From: Felis catus
Taxonomy: Eukaryota
Direction: 5' to 3'
Assembly (NCBI RefSeq): GCF_018350175.1
Contig: NC_058368.1
Location: forward strand, 131,876,001-131,940,000
Length of the DNA: 64,000 nt
The notes under the pieces are model-generated. The model was not told the DNA's origin. It was given only the letters and a program-made list of their open reading frames with translations, and made no database searches. A program made the position numbers and the translations under genes. Within the stretch, counting starts at the first letter, position 1, and every line of letters begins with the position of its first letter. Positions 1-13,400 of this stretch are shown here, one piece after another.

Positions 1-190
1 TCCAACAGTTTTATTTTAGAAAGATAAATGTCCTTGCTGAAAATTCAGTGATGACATTTATTGCTTAGGAAAACATGTTGCTATAATTTTCCTTCTATGT
101 GATTTTTAATATAGCACTTAGAGAAACACTTCAAATCTTACTAAACAAAACAAACATAAAATATCACTTTTTAATATGAAGTACTGGCAA

Positions 191-235
191 AAAATAAAAT
201 AAAATAAAATAAAATAAAATAAAATAAAATAAAAT
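191..235 (+). repeat. (AAAAT)9 microsatellite between 11-bp direct repeats
   Basis: agtactggcaa at 180-190 and 236-246 flanks the tract. Confidence 0.9.
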
Positions 236-456
236 AGTACTGGCAATAAAGTTTTCCTGTCTACTTTTAACACTATAGTTCTGCTTGAATTATTTCCAAT
301 ACTAGAACCTTGGTATGCCAAGAGTTAAGATATAGCTTAAGAGTTTTAAGATATGATTCTTTTTAAGTTTTTTAATATTTGACTCGATGAATGGAGTATT
401 TTTATGGAATGACATTACTTGATTTTCTGCATTTGCTAAGTTGGTGAATGATAAGC

Positions 457-692
457 TAGGCTACTGCAGATAGTTGTGCAGAGGACTTCACCATGGAATG
501 TGAACTTGGGTTGGAATCTAGGTGGAGTGCCACTTCCAGGCCATCTGCACTGGAGCGGGCCACATCAGCCTCAGGGAATGGGTGCCCTTTTCTAATCTTT
601 TAGCCAAGAAAAGATGTTTATTTCCTAGGAGGTTCCCCAAGAGGGTGTGCCCTTTTCTAATTAACATAAAATTGCTTCTTGTGCAAGCCTGT
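457..692 (+). mobile_element. Possible hAT-Tip100 (MER91/MER115/Zaphod-related) DNA transposon remnant
   Basis: agttgtgca near the start and two copies of gtgcccttttctaat (582-596, 647-661), resembling recalled MER91-family motifs. Confidence 0.4.
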
Positions 693-1229
693 GGATAAAC
701 TTAAGAAGTAAAAGAAAATGAGCAGACAGGTAGGTGGTAGCTTTTCCCAATGGTTACTACAGCACAGTGGCCTAGGTGTGGCAGAGTTTTAGTGACCTGT
801 AAGACAACTTGGAGACCGTATATTGTAATGGGAAGAGCTCTGGGAAGGGGTTTTGGAAACCAGGGTTCTAGTCCTTGAGCACAAGTATTTGGCCTTGGGT
901 GTTCTTTTCTGGAAAATGAAAGGATGGAACTACCTTCTACCTTCAAGGGGGCATCCAGTTCTTGACTTCCAGAAAGTTATATCTAGAGCATGATAAGCAG
1001 GGAGAAGTTGGAGCTGGGGATTTTCTAAATTGGCACATCTGAAATGTCATTAAAAGTCTTGGAGATATGTATTTACCAGTTCTATAATAGTAAATCTTAA
1101 AATCAAGTAGTCCTCCAACTTCCTTCTTTCTAGTTATTTTGTTTAATTTGCTTCTTCTCCTTTTCTCCTTTTTCTTCTTTTTATCTGTTTTTTTTGTTGT
1201 GGTGGTAGTGGAGGCTGTCATTGTTTTGG

Positions 1230-2070
1230 GTTTTTTAGCTTCTTATGCTGGAAGTTTACATAGTTAATTTTGGGCTTTCTTCTTCTCTAATGGAAGCGTT
1301 TAAAGCTCTAAGCATGACTGTCTGCATCTCACCAATTTTGTTGTTATGATAGTCAATTTTATGCATCAACTTGGCTAAGCTGTAGACCCTAGTTGTTTAA
1401 TCAAACCTAAATGTAGGTGTTGCTGTGAAGGTTGTCTATAGATGTGATTCAAGTCCATAATTAGTGGCTTTTAAGTAAACAGATTATCCAACTTAATCTG
1501 GGGGACTGATTGAATCAGTTGAAAGACCAAAGAACAGAGCTGAGAATTCTCTGAAGAAGAAACTCCCATCTGTGGATAGCAGTTTTAGCTTGTGCTGTGT
1601 AGAGTTCCAGCTTGTCCTTATTGATGGCCTGTTTGCTCAGATGTTTGATCCACATTTTTGGATTTTAGACCAACTAGCCCCTACAACTGCACAAGCCAAC
1701 TCTTTACTGGATGTATATACACAGTATATTCTACTGCTTCTGTTTCTCTGGTTAAACCTATACCGATAGGATTTTGCTTTGAATTTCATTCAGTTCAACA
1801 TTTTTCCTATTTCCTTGTGGCTTCTTTGACCTATAGGTCATTTAGAAGTGTGCTGTTTATTTTCCAAATATTCAGGAATTTTCCAGATATTTTTCTGTTA
1901 CTGATGTCCTAATTAATTTTATTGTGGTCAGAGGACATATTCTGTACAATTTCAGTTATTTTACATTTTTTGAGACTTGTTTTTTGGACCATAATATGGT
2001 GTATCTTGGTGCATGTTACATGTGCACTTGAAAAGAATGTGTATTCTACTAGGGTTGTTTGGAATGTTCT
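1230..2070 (-). mobile_element. Old L1 ORF2 fragment (antisense), interrupted by an MLT2 LTR
   Basis: Antisense L1 ORF2-like text (ttcagttatt ttacattttt tgagacttgt...gtgcacttgaaaagaatgtgtattct) on both sides of the LTR. Confidence 0.7.
1345..1768 (+). mobile_element. ERVL solo LTR, MLT2 family (MLT2D-like)
   Basis: Start tatgatagtcaattttatgcatcaacttggctaagc...gttgctgtgaagg and end ttctgtttctctggttaaacc match the recalled MLT2 consensus. Confidence 0.8.
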
Positions 2071-2453
2071 GTTATTGACCCCAATATTTTTTATGGCACT
2101 TTAGTCTTGCATTTTAATGTTTAAATTATACCTGGTAACTTACAAATTTCCTTAATTGATGAGATTTTTTTAAATTATCCCATTTTTGAAAACCTAAAAG
2201 ACCAGTACTAAGTTCTGACTTTATACTTCATGAATTATTTTAATTAATAAGTTAATAGTTATTTCTAATGTTGTTTCTTGCTACTTATTTGCAATAGGCT
2301 ATAATATAACTGTTTCATGTCTTTTACTTTCAGTTTTATCTTGTATAATACTTAGAATTCTTTCTCAGTTTCCTCTTGAATATCCAAGAATAAATTTTTA
2401 GTTGGTAAAGTTTCTTGGACTTGTCCTACTTAATATTCTTCAGATCATTTTTA

Positions 2454-2454
<1 letters not shown>

Positions 2455-2498
<44 letters not shown>
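2455..2498. repeat. (TG)n microsatellite
   Basis: Directly visible, about 22 units. Confidence 0.97.
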
Positions 2499-2499
<1 letters not shown>

Positions 2500-3094
2500 C
2501 AATTTTGTTGTCTCAACCTAAGAACAGAAAAAGCACATGGAAATGAAAAATCAGTATATTCTTCTCTGGAGCCAATTTTTCTCATCTTTAAGAAAGCATT
2601 TTTAGCCAGGGTGAAAATGGCTTTTTGAATTTTCAGTGCATTTTTCTTTTAAACAAACTCAATGAGACAAAATAGAAAGTTAAAAAAAAAAAACAAAAAA
2701 CAAGTCTTTAAATCCTTTCCTTAGAAGATTCCCTATATTATTACTTTAAATTACATGCCTACTCTTTGTGATTACTCTATCATTCATGTAGCATAAATTG
2801 TAAGTTTCTATAATGAGTGGGAAAATGGATTAGATAACCTGTTAAAGCTTCAGTGAGTTGAGAATATGACTTAAATTTGAGACACTGTTAGGATGCCTGA
2901 GAAGCCATCTGATGGAGAATCTCACCCAGCCCAGAATTTATTTTACTGGAATTTTTCCATGGCATAATCTGTTATCCCATGTTTATATGGGATTTCTTCT
3001 TCCATGTTGTTCCTACTCTCATTACCATTAGTAATTGGAGCTTGACTATATAAAAAAGAGACTCATTTGTAGGAATCAAAATGCATTACATTAT

Positions 3095-3290
3095 TGTAGT
3101 GGGAAGAGTACTGCTTTAGAGTCAGAAACCCAGGTTGTAAACCCAGCTGGGCCATTCTTTAAGTGTCCTTTGGTGAATTGTTTATCTGGCCTCAGTTTTT
3201 TCCTATAAAACAGGAATAAAAAATACCTATTTCACCAGATGATTGTATGATGATGAGTTGGAAGGCATTCAGTAAATAACAGTGATTAAA
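3095..3290 (+). mobile_element. MIR SINE
   Basis: MIR core ggcctcagttttttcctataaaacaggaataa...acctatttcac. Confidence 0.65.
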
Positions 3291-4379
3291 ATTACATCAG
3301 CTATAATATTTGTTTCTGTTTTCAAGATACTTCATACTTAGAATGATATTCTCTAATATATTTTCAGAATCTTTCAAGTGATTCTTGCTGAATACTGTTC
3401 ATTTAACTATTTGAGTTTATTTAAGAAAAAATGATTAATGTATAATACATTGTTAAAATAGCTAGGATGAGTCATTTACACTTTGATTTTCCCATTAGGT
3501 AACCTTTAATCTCCTGTCCCACTTGGTCTTCCTACACCAAATGTTCACAGTATCTAAATAGAATGAATGAAAGTTTAAAGTTGGAAGATCCCTATCAACT
3601 GCCTCTCAATTTCCTCATTTTGCAGATAACGCTTTTAGAGGATAAGTGACAAATCGTTTGCTTCTGTCAACTTAGGTAGTGTCAATGAGTCTAAATGTGA
3701 ATCTGGCATGCCTTTCCCTTTACTTCCCTCTGAAAGCTTCCAAACCACTCACCAGTCTACAACAACATTTTAAATCATGGAAGCAGCTATTAAATTCATA
3801 TTATTTTTCTTCCACTCACTGAACAGTTAATAAAAAGGATACAAGGCAAGAAAAAGGCCAGGAAACCACCTAGAGACTTGGTCAGAGCTTCTGCCAATGG
3901 TCATCTGTTATATGGTAACCATTCAACCATTGTTAAAGGAATAAGTGAATGTCAAATCTATGATCATGCAAATGATAATGACAGTGATTATGCAAAATGT
4001 AAGTGTGGTTTTTATTATTTTTATATTGATTTAAGACAGATTTGATTACAAAAGTGTAATTAGGCTTTTAATGTCATTTCTTATAAAATTGATTTTCTTG
4101 ATTTGAGTTTTTTAAAAACAGGCCTCATCTATACCTTTATGACTCATGTTTTAGTCTTTTTTTTTGGTTAGATTATTTGTTAGATCCAGGAAATTCAGTC
4201 ATTTTCCAATTTTAGAATTATTGGCTGAATGTCAGGGTACTTACTGACTCATAAAGGGATCATGTTTGCAATTTTATTTGTGTGTTATTTAGAATTTAAG
4301 AAAATTTTCCTATAGAAACAGGCTGTAACTAATAATTGGTTTTCCCTAATTTGGGAAATTACATTGGGAAATACTGGAA

Positions 4380-4394
4380 TGCCACTAGGGGGCA
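4380..4394 (+). promoter_or_regulatory. CTCF core motif match
   Basis: tGCCACTAGGGGGCA matches the consensus CCACYAGRKGGC. Confidence 0.6.
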
Positions 4395-4582
4395 AAAAAG
4401 TTATCAAGAAATAAATATGTAGCCTATGTTTGTTTACACATACAAAATGTGTATTGTGTAAAATCTACAAAATGCCATTAGAATTGCACATAAAGCCACA
4501 TATATGTGATTGCTAATGGTATCCTGACACTAATTTCAAAGACAGGTCTGAGGAAGGAGAATGATTTTAATAAGTTTATTCA

Positions 4583-4784
4583 CTTATTTTTTAATGTTTT
4601 ATTTTTGAGAGAGAGAGAAAGCATGAATGGGAATGGGGGAGGGACAGAGAGAGAGGGGAACAGAAGATCCAAAGCAGGCTCTGCTCTGAAAACAGCAAGC
4701 TCAATACGGGGCTTGAACTCAGACTGCAAGGTCATGACCTGAGCCAAAGTTGGATGCTCAACGACTGAGCCCCCCAGGCACCCC
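4583..4784 (-). mobile_element. Can-SINE (antisense)
   Basis: Poly-T tail, (GA)n and tRNA-like head ending ccaggcacccc. Confidence 0.92.
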
Positions 4785-5243
4785 TGATTAAGGCATATTT
4801 TAAGAAGCTTATATTTCAGCTAGATCTTTAAGAATGGGTGGGATTTGAATAAGTGATACTACATTATGTTGTGTTTATATCAGCATTTGCCTTACATTAT
4901 AAATATGGTCTGTGAATCACACATTTAATTTTATGTTCTTGTAACTTTCAGGAGTACTCAAATAGATTTGCTGGCCATTTGACCCTCAGAGCTTTCTAAT
5001 TTATTACAACTATTTTCTGCTTAATCAAAATACTACTTTTTTTTAATGCTAAATAACACTTTGCTGAATTATAGAATTATAACTTCCAAGATTATTTTTG
5101 TTTGTGGTCAGTACATTCTCTTCCAGTAGGGAAGCAGAGAATCCTGCTTCAGAAGGAAAACAAAGCTCCAGAAGATTAGTGAATATGGAAGCATCCAAGG
5201 GCTACTGTTCCTCCCATCCCCCCTGCCTCTACCACATGTACAT

Positions 5244-5245
<2 letters not shown>

Positions 5246-5279
<34 letters not shown>
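5246..5279. repeat. (CA)n microsatellite
   Basis: Directly visible. Confidence 0.95.
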
Positions 5280-5283
<4 letters not shown>

Positions 5284-5308
5284 AGAAGAGAGATGGTGTA
5301 GCTCTGTG

Positions 5309-6957
5309 CAGTAGTTCTCAAACTTTTTGAACTCAGGACCCTTTACACTCTTTTTTTTTAAATTTTTTTTAAATGTTTAAATGTTTTGAGAGAGAGAGAG
5401 AGAGAGACAGTGTGCGCAGGGGAGAGGCAGAGAGAGAGGGAAACACAGAATCTGAAGCAGGCTCTGGGCTCTGAACTGTTAGCACAAAGCCTAACATGGG
5501 CTTGAACTCACGAACCATGACATCATGACCTAAGCTGAAGTTGGATGCTCAACCAACTGAGCCACCCAGGTGTCTCAGGACCTTTACACTCTTAAAAATC
5601 ACTGAGGACCCCAAAGAGCTTGTTTTGGGGGAGGTTATATATATCAATATTTACTTTACTAGAAATTAATATTGAGAAAAATTGTAAAATACTTATTAAT
5701 ATACTTTAACAATTAAACTCCATTATATTTTAACATAACACATATTTTAGAAAAAAATATTCTTATCCAAATAACAAATTTTTAATGAGAAGAATGGTAT
5801 TGTTTTACATTTTTGCCAATCTCTTTAATGACTGGCCTAAAAGAAGGCAGCTGGATTCCCATATCTTTTTTCTCATTCATTCTTTTCTTATGAACTTTGT
5901 TGCTAGATTACATGAGGAAAATATGACCTCACACAGATATGTACTTTAAGGAGACAGAGTATTTAATAGCCTTTTCAGACAATTATGGTTATTCTTCTTT
6001 GATACTATACCAAAACTCAACAAATATTAATGTCTTACTGGTAAATGCAACGTGAAATCAAGTAACTCTTCATGATCTTTTATATATTAAAAGATTATAC
6101 ATTATCCATTGGTTTATTGTGCACTTTGAATGGGTGTTTTACCATGCATGATTTTGTAACATTATGCATTGGTCATGTGGAAAGTATTGGTCCATGGAGT
6201 TATGCAGATCTTCCAAATGTTGATACACTTTGCCATACAATATAAAAAAAAATCATATTTATTAATATCATCACTCATCTCCAGAGTCTTCCAATCTTTG
6301 GTCAGTCTCATGGTGGTGTTTTGAATTTTCCAAAATTCTGTTCTTTTCTGTGAATGCTCAAGTTTTTATCGTTTGTCAACAAGAATTTTGTCTTTTTCCT
6401 TGATCACTGGGTCCCCAGATCACAATAACGAAAGTTTGTCAGTTGTTCTTTCAAATAAAAGTGATGGACTATTAAAACAAAACAACAACAATAAAAACTA
6501 AAAAACCTGTTTTAGTTCACAGTTCAAATAATTGCATGTTTTTCCTCAAAATAACTACCATATTGTGTATGCAGTGAAAGTGTTTTATGCATACTTCATT
6601 TTCAACATGCAAAATATTGTGCCTAAGGTTGAAATTTCATAAAATTAATAATTTTTATTACTTCATCAAGGATATTCTTAAGTGAAGCTGGCCTAAATGT
6701 GTTTGTTCTTTACTATACCTGGCAGTGATGAATACAGTGACTTCTGTCTACACAGTGTGCTGCCACTGTCTTGATTCATGCTACAGTTTCAACAGTCCTA
6801 CCCGCTGTTGCTTTTGCACCATGAGTACAAATGTCAAAACCGTGAAAAGGGCAAATCACATCCTAGTATTATTATTAAAACAGTTTCACTTTATGGACTC
6901 TCTTGAAGTGGTTTCAGGGTTTTCCAGGGTCCACAAACCACACTTTGAGAATGCTTG
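5309..6957 (+). mobile_element. hAT-Charlie DNA transposon, Charlie1a-like, apparently end-to-end (about 1.4 kb after removing the nested SINE)
   Basis: Left TIR cagtagttctcaaa (5309), right TIR tttgagaatgcttg (6944-6957); internal caggaccctttacactcttaaaaatcactgaggaccccaaagagctt matches the recalled Charlie1a 5' end. Confidence 0.85.
5353..5576 (-). mobile_element. Can-SINE nested in the Charlie element
   Basis: Antisense SINE flanked by the duplicated target aggacc(c)tttacactctt. Confidence 0.93.
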
Positions 6958-7173
6958 TGTAGTGATTTAAGAGCACAGAGTACAGACTCTAGAACTAATC
7001 AAATCTGGCTCTGCCTAGCTGTGAGCTCTAGAGATCTAAAGTAAGTAATTTCCTCAGCTTTACTTGTAAAGTAAACTAATAATAGTATTTGTGTGAGGAT
7101 GTGAGTTAATATATATAAAGCTTTTAGAAGAGTACCTGGCATAGAGTAAGCCTGTATGTTTGCAAATTATTAT
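6958..7173 (+). mobile_element. MIR SINE
   Basis: tgtagtgatttaagagcacag...cctcagcttt...agtacctggcatagagtaag. Confidence 0.7.
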
Positions 7174-7744
7174 TTTGTATTATACAGATTTATGTATGTA
7201 TTCCATTAATTCTGGATATTTGAAAACTCCATTCAAGATCATCTCACTGCTTTTAAATCAGTTCATACTTAAGCCAGACCAAACAGATGACCCATATTTT
7301 AGTTTGAAGACCCTCAGAGACAGTTCTTTGGATATCTTGTTTATACCACTTCAGTTTGCAAAGTATACTTTGAATTGCTTTCTTAGCAATAATAGAAGAG
7401 AGCTTCCATCTATATATTCTGTAACTGGATTCTCTTACTGATCACTCTGTGCTATTGTGATGATTCCTTCTGCGGTTTAAATGGCCTTGAGGAGTATCTT
7501 CAGTGTGACATAAAAGGGTTGCCAGGTTGTTTTGGTCTTCAGCGTTAAATGATAGCACAACTTGGCTTGTCTTAACGTTAAGCAACCGTTTGCACCACTT
7601 TCTGTTACCTTTTGCTTTCAGTTCATATACTTTTTGGAATTTGGATCTGTTTGAAGGATACTAACTCTGTGACAGAATCATAGTTTTTATTCTCTTTTTC
7701 TTACGTTCTTCACCCAGGGCTTTGTGCTAAGAATAAGAAGCTAG

Positions 7745-7966
7745 GGGGCGCCTGGGTGGCTCGGTCGGTTAAGCGTCTGACTTCGGCTCAAGTCATGATC
7801 TTGCGGTCCTTGAGTTTGAGCCCCGCGTCGGGCTCTGTGCTGACAGCTCAGAGCCTGGAGCCTGTTTCAGACTCTGTGTCTCCCTCTCTCTCTATGACCC
7901 TCCCCTGTTCATGCTCTGTCTCTCTCTGTCTCAAAAATAAATAAACGTTAAAAAAAAAAAAAAAAA
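7745..7966 (+). mobile_element. Can-SINE, CpG-retaining (young) copy
   Basis: ggggcgcctgggtggctcggtcggttaagcg head, (CT)n, AATAAA and poly(A); TSD core aagctag on both sides. Confidence 0.95.
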
Positions 7967-10230
7967 GCTAGTCACCATCTTTGCCTCACTGTGTAGGAAG
8001 GAAATACTGAGTCTCTGAATATAGTAGAAATTAGTCTTTGCTAAAGTTAAATCCATCATTTATCCAGAACAAACAGGCTATTGAATGCTTCTATCTTTTC
8101 TGAGCTTATTTGCCAGAACTTCTGTTGAATATAAAAGTAGCTTTAACCATACTTTGGGTACCAACAGGAGCATTTATGCTTTTAATCAATCACACTCAAT
8201 GTCATTATTCTGTTAGACTAGGAATAACATTACCTGGGTTTGTATACTATCACTAAAAAGGAGATGGGGGGGAAATCAACTGTGAAATTTTTTTTTTGGA
8301 AGTAATCTCAAAATTTGCTCCTCCCTTTTTATTTTAAAGAAATCATGTTCTATCATTAATATGCAAATTGTACATTCTAAACAAAAAAAGTAACACCAAA
8401 TTAACTCTTCAGAAAATTTCAAAATTTGATGATTTACATCTGTTTGCATAAAAGGGTAATAAGTTCAGTTTCTTTGGTCATCTTTGTAACCAGCAACATA
8501 ACTGTGTTCTTTTCTGACATGAACTTTAAATGAACCCTTCTATAAAGCTCTGACATTTCGTCTCCTTGTACTATCTCAGTGTTCTTCTACATGTCATAAA
8601 CACAAAAGGAAATTTTCTTTTTTTTAACCAAGAGAACTTTGATGTAATTTGCTAGGACCCTACAAAAGATCTGGAATAATTTCATATTTTGTTTTAACCT
8701 CATGTTTATAATTTGGTTTTTGGAGTTCTATGAAACGCCTTTCACTGTAAGTTAGACTAGATGATAATCACTCTTCTCAGTTTGGCCAAAAGGTAATGCT
8801 CATTGCAGTTACACATTCAAAAGGAAAGTGGAGAGATTTCCAAGCATTTATCTTAACTTTATTTTTACTGATGTATGTCCTTTCTTGTATTTTCTCTTAC
8901 TTGTTTTGATTGAAACTAAAGTGTGTCTTTGTAAACTCCAAGGACACATATGTATTCTATACCTAGGATCCAAAATTTCCCATTCATATGCTTATACTAT
9001 GCTGTGTTTCAGACTTGCGTACACCTAAGCTCTTAATCCTTTCCCCTGAGCCATCTCCAAAAGCAAGTTTCATATTTGGTGAAGCAAGAATTGTTTCTAA
9101 AGATTGTCCTTGGATTCGCTTGTAGAACAGGAAAAGAGTTCGTAATTCTGGGAGTGCCCTGGCTCCCACCACCCAAACAACTGACGGTTTCTGGAGGCTG
9201 CATGGGTTTCCTTCTCAATAGTACAGAGACATATCTTGTGAAATTTGAATTAACAAAACAGAAATGGAGAGCATTATAATAAATATATATTCTTAATATT
9301 TTTAGATTTATAAGTATAATTTATTTGTTTTGAAAAATATAAAGGTATCCTTTCAGGTGTATAGTAATAGACTGAAGACACTTTTCTAACAATAGGATAT
9401 TTCCACTCAACCTCTTCAGTATGTATTGAGTGTCTTTAAATAGTAAACATCTTCCAAAATTATAATTGGAAATTTTACTTTTCAAAAAGTTACTAAATAA
9501 ATGAATGATTATTTTCAATGTAAAGTAAAAGTCTAAATAACATTTTTAGAGGATTATAGGCTAAATCTCTATTCCTCCTTCCCATTACAGACATGTCCAT
9601 AAAACAGATGTAATGCTGGCTGTGGATATCTTATACATTCAAACTCTGTAGATTGCTGAATGTTTGGCAAAGATAATTATATAGTTGGCTTGGGATGTGG
9701 AAACAGCAAACTTTTCCACTTTCCATTATGTAAATTAGCAGTGGAAATAGCTATATATTTCTCTATGATGTTATTTTGCTAAATATAAGTAATGTGGATT
9801 CATTTCTATTAGAAGGAATCATTTGCCACAAAGTGATGGTCAAGTTTTTGGTATAACTTAAATTTTAATATAATATTCTTTCATTATACGGAAGATCCAG
9901 TCTCAATAATTTATTTTTCCCTCTAAACTTCTATGGAATTATAGCCTCCAACAAAATTAATCATACTTCTCAGGTGACTTATTTTATAGGACATCTTTAT
10001 ATTTTATGTGGGGGGTTTTTTGTTGTTTGTCTTTTTAGTTTTTTGATTGTTTATTTTTTATGAGAGAAACCACTGTATTCTTGCCTGTGGTTTCTTGCCT
10101 AATGAAAAAAGACTTGGTTCTTGTCATGATATATATTGCTTCTGTATCTCGTTTCTTTGTAAGCCTATCTTAATTCTTGGGACTATTGAAATGTGGGCAG
10201 TCAAACCCAAAGATTTAATTTTGCTAATTT

Positions 10231-10435
10231 TTAATTTTTTTTTTAAATCTTTATTTATTTTTGAGATTGGGAGTGGGGGGAGGGGTAGAGAAGGAGGAAG
10301 ACACAGAATCCAAAGCAGGCTCCAGGCTCTGAGCTGTCAGCAAAGAGCCCGATGTAGGGCTGGAACTCACAGACCTTGAGATCTTGACCTGAGCTGAAGT
10401 CAGACACTTAACTGACTGAACCACCCAGGTACCGC
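10231..10435 (-). mobile_element. Can-SINE (antisense)
   Basis: Canonical body; degenerate TSD tttgctaattt/tttgctgattt. Confidence 0.93.
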
Positions 10436-13400
10436 TAAAATTTGCTGATTTAATTTTGATGATAAAACAGATATTAAATTTCTTAACTCAAGAACAAGGT
10501 ATTTAATGAAGAAGTAAACTAGTTTATAAATTATATCCTATATCCAGTTTAACAAATATTTGGATACTGTTTAATTATCACATACAAGGCATTCAGCTGA
10601 GATATTATTCATATCACCTCTATAAATAATAATGGTATCTAATGAACCCGCAGCAAATGACTTACATTTAATATTGCTGCGGTTTGACTTTTTTCCCTGT
10701 GTTTACAAGTCCTACACTTTTGAGGTGACCTAATGTTCACTGGTGGCTTTAGAGGACAATGGACAGGAAAGAGAAAAGGAGTGAATCTCCAGCAGTCAGA
10801 CACAAATAGCACTGATTGTTTGCTGTGTTTCTGCAGAGGATTATGTGAAATATTCTGTTTTTAGATTTCACTTTAACTGTTAACTTTTTTACTTAAATTC
10901 AATTGCTAATCAAGAGCTTCCTCTGTGAAGATGTTTTTGCCATTCTTGGAACCACATGGAGTTTTCTCTTTAATAATACTACTGTCTGCTGAGGTCCCAG
11001 GCTTGTGACCTTTAAAAAAAAAGGGCAAATCATTTTCCTACTTTTATTATGTGGTTGGGAGTGAGTTGGCCCATTCACATCAAGCTTAATTTGATCTAAG
11101 TTAGAAGTAACCTTTGACAAAATCCACATTTAAAATTTAGGCTAGAAGGAGACAATAAATCTTACTGTTTAAATCACCCAACAGGGTAACAGTACTGTTT
11201 GTAACATTTCTCCAGTCTTCATTCCTAAATCTGTTATTCTGTGATGTAAAGCCTTGGTTGCTTTTCAATACTTTTAAATTTGTTTGCAGAAGGTGGAGTC
11301 CAGAAAATGTGCCCATCATTGAATGCTCTAAGTTTAGCTAAGGAAAAGCAAGGCTGCTGTAATGTTTCTATTCTAAAAAAGTTGTATTTATCTGAGTTAC
11401 AGGACTGGTTTACATAAATGAGAAACTAAGATTTTCCATACACCAGGAAAAGTTTCAAAAGGATGGCTTTTGTGCTTGCCATTTCATACCCACGAAATGT
11501 TACAAACAAATACTCAATGTCTGCAGTAGGTCATTTGTGGGTGTGCGTAATTGCGGTTCACAAGTCATTCAAGCTCAAGACTCTTCCAGGTACAAATGAG
11601 AAACCCTCAGAAAATTAGCCCTCCTTCTCCATTTATGGAATGAGGTTTAGCTTTTAAGGTTTATAAATTTATTTTTTGCATACAAGTAGATATATCAGAG
11701 GCTCACTTTCTTTCCAGAAGGAATTCTAACACCTTTGGTACAATTGTAATCTTTATCACATGTAACTACTTTTTTGGTGTTGGGGACTGGGATTTAAAGA
11801 TGTTAAAATTTTCAATAGCTTACTTTATGTTAGCTAACTTTTAAAAAGAACTTTTGTACCCTGATAAGTTTTTAATGTGACTCCAGTGCTTACATTGGCT
11901 ACTGAAGTGCCAAATTTGGTTTCAGAATTCATAAAAATATTTTAATTAGTTTCTTTTTCATAAGGAAATGAGAAAAGGTTTCAGTGAACTTGTGTTTAAT
12001 ATCTAGCATTAGTTTTATGTCTTATTATATAGCAAACTGGCTTGTCCTTAACCCAACAAGAAAGAAGTCCAGGCTTAGTGAAATCCATTTTACTACTCTT
12101 TTTTTCCATTTTGGACATTAAAAACAAACAAATCAAAAACAGCTTATAGGCCTCTTTCTTATTTAGAGTTTTACAAATTTACAACTTATTAATTTAGTGT
12201 ATAATTTTGCTGAACCTGTTCCAAAATATGAAATCTGAAGTAGTTATTCCTGGTCCTAGAAACCCATTTCCTTTTGAAGTGTTTTTGAAGCTGAAAACGT
12301 TTAATGGTATTTCCTTTGGAAGGCATTTTCAACCTTTTCTCTCTCTTGAGGTATCATTTCTAAGACACTGAAGTATCTCTTAAAAAGCACCTTACTAACA
12401 CTACATTTTCCCTAGAGATTCCTGAATTATCTACATTTTGTGTCCTTATCAAGAGTTCAAATGAGCATTCTCACGATCAGTATTGATTATATAACCGATT
12501 TACTCCCGAGTAATTAGCATTACTTAACATGATTAGATTGCCTTTGCCATGTTAGTTCTCTCAGTCAAGTACAGTGTTTTAGGCTGGTTATGGATTGACA
12601 GGAGGAAAACATGCACACGATCATACATACACATGTGTACTTTTTAACTGTAGTTCCCAATTTAATTAACCACAGATCCAATATTGTATCAGAAGCAAAG
12701 TCAGGGCAGAAGCAGATACAGCACATCTTAGCATAGCTGCTCTTTACTGCCGTGACCTCTATGAACAGTCAGTACCTGCTCACAACAGTATACATGCAAG
12801 ATAGGGACCGTGAATCAGGAAAGTTCATTTCTTGTGTCACTACCCTTTTATATTTACTATTCTAAGAGAACTAGTAATCTGTGGACTATTCTGTTTTCAT
12901 CACTATTCCAGAACTTGAACCAACAATCTCTGGGCTTCCTTTTAAGGGAATGTTTATAATTAACAGACTTCCCTGGTTCTTGTACCAAACTCAGTGTCAG
13001 CAAGGACACTTTCTCATCCAGTGGGAGAAAGCAGAGTTAATACCCAGGTGTCCCCTGCCTCTTTACTTACACATGTTCTGGAAAGCCTATCTCCCCATAA
13101 GTATCAAAGCTGAAATTTATAACTTTGAATCTTAGAGTAACCTAGTAAGCTCTTCACTTTTTTGCATCAAAGAAAAGGAACACAAGTATTGTAATCTATA
13201 TTGACCAAATGTGTAAAATCATCTGTGTTCGGATTTAGAATGATTTTTATGTTCAGGGTTGATTATGGCTTTTTGTACTTAGGGTATTTCTGAAAAATAA
13301 TGAATCATACTATGAAAACTTGACTCAAGACAAACTGGAAAACTGCCTGGTCTTTCTCTTCTTTGATAGCAAAATAATCTTTCAAAACAATGCAAGGTTA

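Noticed and set aside
582..661. 15-bp direct repeat gtgcccttttctaat with a 50-nt spacer (CRISPR-like or TSD-like)
   Set aside because: Only two copies in a mammalian genome; better explained as an internal motif of a hAT-Tip100-type remnant.
12500..12513. Palindrome ttactc-cc-gagtaa
   Set aside because: Six-bp arms are expected by chance in 64 kb.
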